Positions 55,007 to 64,000 of a stretch of DNA of 64,000 nt are shown one piece after another. The position numbers and the translations under genes were made by a program. The notes beneath the pieces were generated by a model. That model searched no databases, was not told the origin of the DNA, and was given only the letters and a program-made list of their open reading frames with translations. Numbering within the stretch: the first letter of the stretch is position 1; each line of letters opens with the position of its first letter. Origin of the DNA: Epithemia pelagica. Taxonomy: Eukaryota; Protista; Bacillariophyta. Location: NCBI GenBank assembly GCA_946965045.2, contig OX337237.1, positions 3,348,001 to 3,412,000 of the forward strand, in the 5' to 3' direction.

Positions 55007-57257
55007 GTAGACGTTTGCTTTCAAGTCATTTACTTGTTTTCTACGTTCAATTGCAATCCTAGAACCTAGGAAGTGGTTACTCGAAAATAGAAACAATATG
55101 TTGCAAGATAAAACGTGCCTTGTTTTTTTTAAAAGGCGTGAAAGGAACGAGCAAATTTTTGTGTCTCTTGAAGTGGTGCATGGTTGTGCGAACGTAAGAC
55201 AATAATCTGGGGCTTTGTGGTGGCATCATGGGACACAGAGTCATTTTCCATGGATCGGTAGCTATATGACAGGGAGAAAGGGAAAGTTTCGCATCGATGT
55301 CGTAGTCAAGGGCAATCCGCTTTGTCCTCGCCATTTGGTGTTCCTGACGATTGAATAGTGCAGAGTAGTTTTCTTGTTCGTGACAGGGCAAATCCATACA
55401 TGTTTCTTGACATGGCGGGTGCTGTGACTGTCAAGGGTGCTCCATCCTGTCGTTTCTTGGCTTGGGATGATGGTGTGACGACACAATTCTGCTGTGGACC
55501 ACGACCATTGGCGGATCATATTTGACCATCCAAACAATACCTGAAGAACGCCAAGGGAGACTCTCCGCGTTGGTTGATTGCGGTATTGGCAGAATTCTTG
55601 TCTGGGTTGAGTTGCGGACCCTGTTGCATCGGTGTGTTCCTCCTCTGTATATGAACCTGGATAATGTTCTTGCTGTTCTGCTGCTGCTTCGGTGCTGGTG
55701 TTAACAACAACTCTTTGGTGAAAAAAGGATGGAACCAGTGTTTGCCCTACTACAAAAGTGGAAGACTCCGCATCGACTATTGGCCTTGCATGATTTCTCG
55801 TTTTGTTCGTTGGGTTGTGATTTGTTTTTTATAACACTCTGGTTCATGTTATTGTGGCTGGAGTTTGTGCCTTTGCTCGTGTTCTTGATGAGATGGGTGG
55901 TGCTTGGTTCCTCTTTCTTTGAACCACAAGTCACTCGACACGGTAAACAAAGTAGTTGCAGTGCTACTGTGTCGGTGGTTTCTGTTTGTGGTGCTGGTGG
56001 GTCGTGTTCAAAAATAACCAACTGGTTGTGGAAGTCGTCATTTGGTCCATCAGTTTTCGTTGCAACGATCAAAACCCTTCATTCCTTAGCAGTGGAAATC
56101 ACGAGAGATAGGGCAAAGCGGGATGCCTCTGTTGTGCATGCGACAATTGTTGCTGTTTGGGTCCTGTTGAGTTTTCTCTTCTTGTCGTGCTGCTCCACGA
56201 ACGAGCAGGACGGCTGTTCCCATTGTTGTTGTTTGGGTGTAGCTGTGGTTGTTGTTCTTGTTGTTGTCGGCATTATCGTAGTACAATCGAATGACTGTGT
56301 TGCCATTGCTCCTTTCCCGCCACGAACCACGAGTTTCGACATCTGTTGGTCGTGCTCCTTGTATGGCTTGGTTCATGGTCTCTTGTGGTCAATGAATCCG
56401 ACAAAAGGACGAAACGGGTGGATTCCAATGTCTGATGATGAGAGAAGCAGTACGACGAAAAACACGACAAGCGAAAACCTTGTGGACCTGATGTTGTCCG
56501 CTTCTCTGATGGTTCTTTTTGGAAATCGAGCATGGTTGGTTGGTTGCTGCTTCTCTACATTCCTCGTCCGTCCTCTTGTGAAGAACGAATCATTATTGAT
56601 CGAGCAAAGATGGAATGGAACCGTCCTTGACAATCAAGGGGAAGGAAGGAGTCTCTGGACTGACGCAACTGGGTCGACAGTGGTTGAATTAAACTTGCTG
56701 CTGGTGCGATCGTCGTTTTGTGGCAGTGGAACGAGAAATTCATGGCCTTATCGGCACAGGTGCCAAATCCACCAATCGCGGTGCTTCGAGGATAGTTTTG
56801 TGCCGTATATTGAGACTGAAACCAGTCCATCCGCATTCTCTGATGTGAATTGAGACGCCAGGCACGAGACAATGCAATTCACATTCGTCAACAGTCCGGA
56901 TGTACCCATAGTTGGAATCCAATCCATGATGTTTTGTTTGTATTTGGGCAAAAGATGTGTGTGTGGTGTTATGTACGTACCCGACAAAAGCACTGGCTCG
57001 AAAGCTTCCACGTGTAGTACTCAGACGCCTACCTCCGATCGCACATGAATGTAAGGGTGGGTCGCGTGTGTGTCGTGCTTTCTGTTTTCTAACCACTGAG
57101 TCACTAATCCTCATGATTCCCCCGCTGGGGCTTAGAGTATAGTACTCTTCTTTTTCCAGTCCACACCCATCCGAGCAGCCCACTGCAATCAACACAGTCA
57201 GTGTGTGCTCCTTTGATCCTCATAAATGCGCTGCGGTCAACAAAAGGAAGACTGAGC

Positions 57258-58331
57258 ATGACTCTGAAAGAACAAGCATGGCAGTCGGGCCTTTTCCTTT
57301 CAGACGAGACAGCAGAATGGAATGAAAACGACTGGCCTCCTCTTCAGGGTGGATGGCGTTATCTTCATGCTACGGTCGTACTCGATCATCTCGACAAGGA
57401 ACTCCACAACGACAACAACAATGGACAAACTGTTGTCGTGTTGGGAGGACATCAACAAGGTCAAGGTGATGTCAATCCCGTTCTGCTATTGAATCTGGCA
57501 GACCCAGACAAGCAATGGCGAGAAGGAACGCCCTTGAACAAGAAACGTTCTGGACATGCCGCTGCTGCGTGCAACGGAGCCGTCTACGTGATGGGAGGAT
57601 ACGATGAAGGTCCATTGGATTCTATTGAGCGAATCGATGCCAATGATTTGCTGCAATCACCCTTAACAACCAGCAACAAACATGAGACGCATTGGACGAC
57701 ATTGACATGTCGCTTATCAACGACAAGAAATGGATGTTGTGCTGTTGCGGTGCACAACCGATACATTGTTGTAATGGGTGGATGGGATGGAAGGCAAAGG
57801 TTGTCGTCGGTGGATATTATTGATACCAGGAACCACACTGTCACTCCGGGGCCAAGCATGGCTGTTCCTCGATCTTTTTGTGCCAGTGCGGTCATTGGCC
57901 ACCGCATCTTTGTCGTTGGAGGCCAAAACACTGATGACTATCTTGACTCGGTGGAGTATTTGGACTTTGCAACACCCTCTGACAATCGCGAGACAAAAAA
58001 TGAAACTGGATCTACATTCATTTCCTTCACTCATTCTGATTTGGCGCTTTCCAATGCACGAGGTTCTTGTGCAATGGTTGCCGTGGGATCCTGTCTGGTT
58101 GTGGCGGGAGGATGGCACAATTCAAACGTGGAAGTCTTGGATACGCACCACAACCGCGTGTGGAATCTCCCACCATTCGGAATTAACCGTGACGACCTTA
58201 GTATAGTGTCTGTTGCCAACCAGGTAGCCGCGATTGGTGGATGGGAGAATCATTCCTGTGCAACATTGCCACTCATGGATAGGAATTCGTGGTGTTTTCG
58301 TCGACTCTGTGAGCAGCAGCTCAACGGATAG
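57258..58331 (+). CDS. Kelch copy K6 (357 aa)
   Basis: Intact ORF; 3' half nearly identical to K4; small in-frame deletion at FISF-THSD. Confidence 0.9.
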   Translation: MTLKEQAWQSGLFLSDETAEWNENDWPPLQGGWRYLHATVVLDHLDKELHNDNNNGQTVVVLGGHQQGQGDVNPVLLLNLADPDKQWREGTPLNKKRSGHAAAACNGAVYVMGGYDEGPLDSIERIDANDLLQSPLTTSNKHETHWTTLTCRLSTTRNGCCAVAVHNRYIVVMGGWDGRQRLSSVDIIDTRNHTVTPGPSMAVPRSFCASAVIGHRIFVVGGQNTDDYLDSVEYLDFATPSDNRETKNETGSTFISFTHSDLALSNARGSCAMVAVGSCLVVAGGWHNSNVEVLDTHHNRVWNLPPFGINRDDLSIVSVANQVAAIGGWENHSCATLPLMDRNSWCFRRLCEQQLNG

Positions 58332-60854
58332 TATCATTTTCGGGATGGAATGGATATCGGACATGCTCATATTTCACCCTTCTGTTTTCGTCGACTCTGT
58401 GAGCAGCAGCCCAACAGATGGTATCATAGTCTAGAAAGATCGGGTAAGGGTAACGGAGATGTCAATGTAGCATCCTGGACATCTCGACATCGACTCTTAA
58501 GCGATTAAAGACCAATACATGATGGAGGATGGAACTTGAAATGTGCAACAAGTTGCATGGCCAAGAACTATATCATGGTCAATATATACTCTCGTCCAAA
58601 AAAAGGAGATCGTGTCCATTCTAAGTGTCCAGCCTTAGTTACGTTGTCAATAATGAAAAGCTCTAAATCACTGTACCTATACGGAGTGGCTTGCTAGGTC
58701 GAAAAAGATATTACTCAAGACTGCTTTCGAAGAGCACATCCTAGTATGGTTTGAAGGCTCCACGTTGTATAGAAGATGACCACACATGAATTTCCCTCCG
58801 AAGCCATGGCGTTTGTGGCAGTCGGATCCATGCACCATGGTCAGCTATCCGTGCACTATATAACTATATAATGAGATGTTACAGCGTCCGCCATGGCACT
58901 GCTGTCCTCTGCAAACCTGCGGATGTAAGACAGCCACTCTTGGGTGGATGGCCATGCTACCGTTCCCTTTCTGTGCTGTTGAAAAATCTCTGGCCTTGAT
59001 CAGAATGAATGATCTTTGAATGGAAGATGACAGTCTTTCATGGGCTCGTTCTTGCATCTTTTCGGGAAAGAGGGGGCGGCCTGAATTGTGTCTCTTCAAT
59101 TGATGGCACATAAGGAACAAGTGACGTTTCGACCATGACCTGATAGTTGTGGGACGCAGTCGGTGGGGCCATGGATTGGTAGCAACGGCGGGATCCGACA
59201 GCAGCCAACACAGTTTGTCTTCGTTTTGTTTTCGTTGCGATGGCAGCAGTGCAAAGTATACTTCCCCTGTTGCAGGCAGGACAGGTTTATCGCGGGTCAT
59301 CGTCGATTCCTCTTCCTTGGTGTCGATATCTCGTTGTGGAGCAACCAATCCGTCGACGCGGTACAAATATTGGTGGTGCTACAATCCCAAGACTGTGCTT
59401 CTGGTGGACCTTGTTACAACAAGGCATTTGTTTTGGAAGTCGTCATTTGATCCACCCATGGTGATAGTGATGCATCGATCGACCTGTTGTGCAAGCGACG
59501 ATTGTTCTTGTTGTTGGTTGGCTGCTGTTGGTGGATCAGGAATCGTGATTATTCACGTCTTGTCATGATCCTTGTTGAAAGAGACGGACGATTGTTACAG
59601 TGGTGTTGTTCGGATGGGTCAAGGCGAATGTTGTTGTCACTGTTGTCCACTTCTGATTGTTCTTTGTAGAAATCGAGCATGGGTGGTTGCTACTTCTGTA
59701 CTTTTGTTTTGTTATTGGGCGTGGAAGTGGGGAAACCGACAAGTTTTACACACCACTCCACCAAGGCAATATTTTTACAGCAGAATGAGCAAGCGACAAA
59801 AAAGCACAAGCGAGACCCCAACAAAGCCTTGTCACAAGCAGGACAGGAATGTTGATTGATTGTTCATTGTCAAGGCTGGCCTCTCTTATGTATCGTGAAA
59901 TCTTTATCTAGTTTCACTCTTTTTGGCTGGAGGTCGTTTTGACGTAACAAAACTCTTGTACGTTCTCGACGCAACAGGTGGATTCAAGCGACAACTACCC
60001 CGGTCCACCTTTTGTTCCTTGCACTGTTGTGGTTTTCCATCGAGACGACAACGTCACCCACTGGCAAATATAGCACCGGTCCCTTGGTGAACAGAGGCAT
60101 CACGTCTGCCACAATCATTGGACCACATACGCGAGCATTATACTGACAACCGGCGGAGACAGCACGAGACGGTTTTGGCTCTCCCAAAAAGACGATGATT
60201 GATGGAGTCGGTATCAATCATGACATAAGGGACCAACCTTTCCGGTCCAACCACATCCACGTGACATTCTCGAAAGCGGTCCAAAGAAGACGAATGCAGG
60301 CATCTGCTGCTAATCCAACACGGGAAGCGAGTCTAAATGGGATGAACGGCATGTTCCTTCTGGTCCATCATGTCGTCGGATTCTTGTTTTTGTGTAGTTG
60401 TACTTATGGCCTTGCTGCCTCCACTATATACCCGATGCATTCGAATCACTGGATCAAGAGAAGACCACTCTCTCTGTTGTTGTTTGTTGTCGTTGTTGTG
60501 AGCAGTCTGTAGGACCAAGGGAAGAATGGTGTTCCATAAATGGCGTTGGACGAGAGATGACTCAGAACTAGGGATATCTACCCAGTGGATGTTGGATTGT
60601 CGATCTGTGGACCTCTTCATCACAGATTGGGATGTCGATCTCTCTCCCTCGTCTCGTCGTATCTTACACAGCAAAAGATACTTTTCTTGGGGCTTGTCAT
60701 GAAATATATGTGCGACTGATTGTCCTTCATCATCGTACGCAGGACAGGCACAACTTTCCTGGTCTCTCCTCTCCACGCAAAAAAGCTCATCGCTGCGATT
60801 CTCAATTGCAAAGCTGTCATTGCTCGTCGACGTGGTTGTCAAGCGCCGTTGACC

Positions 60855-61934
60855 ATGACAACGACACTGCAAAAGCAAGCATGGCAGTCGGGCCTTGTCC
60901 TGTTAGACGAGACACCTGAATGGAATTTCGAGCACTGGCCTCCTCTTGTGGGTGGATGGCGTGGAGGTCATACCTCGGTCGTACTTAATCATACCGATAA
61001 CAACAAGGAGCAAACCGTCGTCGTGTTGGGTGGACATCGAACAGGTCAAGGCAAGGTCAATTCCATTCTTGTATTAAACTTGGCAGAGTCCAACAAGCAG
61101 TGGCGAGAAGGGCCACCAATGAACAAGAGTCGTGAAGGACATGCCGCTGTTGTGTGCAACGGAGGCGTCTATGTGATGGGAGGATACTCTGAAGGTTCAT
61201 GTTTGAATAGTATCGAACAAATTGATGCCAATTATTTGCTGCAATCATCTTTGACAACCAGCATCACACACGAGATGAACTGGACGACATTGACATGTCG
61301 GTTATCAACGCCACGATGGGGATGTGGTGCTGTCGCGGTTCACAACCGATACATCGTTGTAATGGGTGGCTACAACGGTCGTTATTTGTCGTCGGTGGAT
61401 ATTATTGATACCAGTAACCACACTGTCTCTGTGGGACCATCCATGAATGTTCCTCGATTTTCTTGTGCCAGTGCGGTCATTGGACACCGCATCTTTGTCG
61501 TTGGAGGTTGGAACGAGCATGGTCGTGTTGACAAGGTGGAGTATTTGTACTATGCAACACCCTGTGACAGTGATGTGACAAAAAAGGAGATAGGCTCGAC
61601 ATTCATCTCTTTCTCATCCACCTGGACCACTCATTCGGAGTTGAGGCTCTCCAATGCACGAAGTTCTTGTGCAGTGGTTGCCGTGGGATCTTGTTTGGTT
61701 GTGACGGGAGGATGGGGCAATTCAACCGTGGAAGTCTTGGATATTCACCGCAACCGCGTATGGAATCTCCCACCATTTGGAAATCACCGTGTTGGCTGCA
61801 ATATGGTGACTGTTACAAATCACGTGGCCGTGATTGGTGGATGGGAGAATCCCTCCTGTACAACATTACCACTCCTGGATAGAAATTCGTGGTGTTTTCG
61901 TCGACTTTGTGAGCAGCAGCCCAATGGATGGTAG
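60855..61934 (+). CDS. Kelch copy K7 (359 aa)
   Basis: Intact six-blade ORF ending QQPNGW*. Confidence 0.9.
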   Translation: MTTTLQKQAWQSGLVLLDETPEWNFEHWPPLVGGWRGGHTSVVLNHTDNNKEQTVVVLGGHRTGQGKVNSILVLNLAESNKQWREGPPMNKSREGHAAVVCNGGVYVMGGYSEGSCLNSIEQIDANYLLQSSLTTSITHEMNWTTLTCRLSTPRWGCGAVAVHNRYIVVMGGYNGRYLSSVDIIDTSNHTVSVGPSMNVPRFSCASAVIGHRIFVVGGWNEHGRVDKVEYLYYATPCDSDVTKKEIGSTFISFSSTWTTHSELRLSNARSSCAVVAVGSCLVVTGGWGNSTVEVLDIHRNRVWNLPPFGNHRVGCNMVTVTNHVAVIGGWENPSCTTLPLLDRNSWCFRRLCEQQPNGW

Positions 61935-63955
61935 CATTCTCTTGAAGGCACGGGTATCCGAGACGCTGATATCTCACGCTTCTTCAACTCGTAAATGAGC
62001 AAGGCCAAATTCATGCCAAAATAATAGAGGGAATGATGAAACCTAGCCGTTTATTTCTCGAGTGGTTGACTTGTTTTCTACATTCGATTGCAATCCTACC
62101 ACCTCGTATTAAGTGTTTACTCAAAAGTAGAAAGAACATGTTGCAAGAAAGAAGGTGCTTGTTTGTTGTCAAGGAACGACCCGATTTGTGTACCTCTGTA
62201 AGTGGTACTACGCTCCGGCCATTACCTGTTACCTGTCAGTTGTGGGACAGTGCCACCACCGTGACTGTGCAGTCGTGAGACCAGAATAGGGTACTTTGTG
62301 GTGGCATCATGACACTCTGCATAACACAGCGTCGTCCGTGGAATGGGAGCTACTGCAGGGAGGCCACCAACCGATGAGAGGAGCAGGAACACAAGCACGC
62401 CAAGGCGGAACCTTGTTGGACCTGACGTTGTCCGTTTCTAATGGTTCTTCCTTGAAAGATGACAGACAATGGGTCGAGTTTGGATGGAAGTAAGGAAAGA
62501 GGACCGTGTCATATCCAATTCCGACCTGATGGCCGAGAACAGGTTGTCCCTTTCGGAGGAGTCTCCCCGCTCACCGCGCTCCAATCGCAATGCCTCCTTC
62601 TAGCTGCTGTTGTATGTGAATCGCAATACGTTGCTGCACTTGTCATGTGATGTCAAGCCGGAATGGCCCAATGACGACGACGAGTCCAAGAGGAACCCAC
62701 TAAATCGGATCGAAGATCGTGCCAATTGTCGCAATGGACCAGAACGAAAACAAGGAATCGAGTCTCGACGTTGCGACGAGACAGACAGGACACCTCCCCC
62801 CACCACTACTTTCTGTCGCAGCATTGCTCGTTCAATTGCTCATGCCTGGAAACAAGCCGCTCACCATCGCTATGTCTTGCCCCTCAATGCCAGTTGCCCG
62901 GAAACCTTGTTGCACGATTACGACAACACTGTCGAACAGCAGTGTTGGACCTCGACCACTACATCCTTTTTGCCTCGTACCGAACTCAGCAGCAGCAGCA
63001 CCAACAACACAACCACGACAACGAACGCCGCCGATCATGTCTTGGCCATTATGGAAGCCTTGTCACCCACACCGTATGAATGGATGTTCGCACACGAGTC
63101 GCCCGAAGCGGTTGTGTGGTCGAATGGTTTTGCTCGTCGGTGTCGAAATGGCGAAATTCGTGTGTCTGCTTGTGGAAGCGGCGAGCACCATATGCATCCA
63201 AACATGCAGCGTCGTCTTGGAAGACACGATCAATGGTTGAAAGAGATACCGACAAAGAAGAACCAAGGTCACGCCCGTCCAACGAGCAAGGGGAGCTTGA
63301 GAGGTCACCACTGAATTACCGCTCCGACCACGACAACCCCACAGTGAATTGCAAACAACAGCAACAAGACAATGATGAAGATAATGACGATGATACCAGA
63401 CAGTGGTGTTTGGCTGCATCGTTTGGTTCCATTTCATTCCAGAGAGTGTGTTGTTTGATTTCTGGTTGTTGGTTCGTGGTTAGCCCAACGAGACGACACT
63501 GCGTCACATCCTCAACAATATTTTTAGCTATTGCCCTTGCAATTGCCTGTTTCAATGACTGGTGGGGAGTGGGGGAAGATGACTGAGATTTCATAAGATC
63601 ACCCGTCCGTGACTGGTTGGGAAAGGCTAGGTAGAGATTCGGAAGAGTAACTTTTTTGGTGAGTGCTCACAACTGAATCCTGGATCTTCACCGCTGGGGA
63701 TGAGTCCGAACCCATTAGCAATCAAAGGTTTATTTCGGGGTATCCAAAATTGCCCACGATACTCCCAAGAAGGATGCGTGGTCTTCTTCATCGCGTTGCT
63801 ATGGTCACGATTTGTCTCGTAACCCATCCATTTCGTCAAGTCAGTCGTCGTGCTTCCAGTCCACACCCATCATAATGAAAGGAGCAGAGCAAACATACGT
63901 GCCTTACAAGACAGTGTCTCGATCCCCATAAATTCTGCAGTCATTGTGTGAAACC

Positions 63956-64000
63956 ATGACCACGACACTGAAAGAACAAGCACGACAGTCGGGCCTTGTC
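63956..64000 (+). CDS. Start of kelch copy K8 (runs off the right edge)
   Basis: ATGACCACGACACTGAAAGAACAAGCACGACAGTCGGGCCTTGTC = MTTTLKEQARQSGLV, preceded by the conserved CATAAATT..GCAGTCATTGTGTG leader. Confidence 0.8.
   Translation, partial: MTTTLKEQARQSGLV

Noticed and set aside
55729-56853. 374-aa plus-strand hydrophobic ORF as a membrane protein
   Set aside because: It is a low-complexity V/C/L-rich reading typical of the antisense of CAA/ACA-rich DNA, has no family motifs and is not conserved as an ORF in paralogous modules.

Overview
Eukaryotic genomic DNA, most likely a pennate diatom (inferred from short GT-AG introns, a bipartite plastid-targeting motif and a diatom-type CoDi Ty1/copia element). 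One 200-N gap lies at 14925-15124. The left third holds a partial DGDG synthase, an EamA/DMT transporter, a full-length young Ty1/copia element (4629-13017; 783-bp LTRs, CCTTG TSD, extra upstream ORF, non-canonical PBS), a secreted dirigent/allene-oxide-cyclase-like protein, a surface-anchored bacterial-type TroA-like binding protein, a Cys-rich type I membrane protein and a plastid-targeted fusion of an LCM-type carboxyl methyltransferase with a CAO/PAO-type Rieske oxygenase. The right two thirds is a tandem array of at least 8 kelch beta-propeller genes built by segmental duplication. It is interrupted by an LRR-TIR gene, an apparently intact piggyBac carrying a second convergent ORF with a P2X7-ballast/KolX-like domain, a truncated hAT and a decayed PIF/Harbinger-ISL2EU-type element. 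The top hypothesis is that the methyltransferase-Rieske fusion has the two chemistries needed to convert the C7 methyl of chlorophyll c into the methoxycarbonyl group of chlorophyll c3. All family assignments come from reading motifs by eye; no database search was run.
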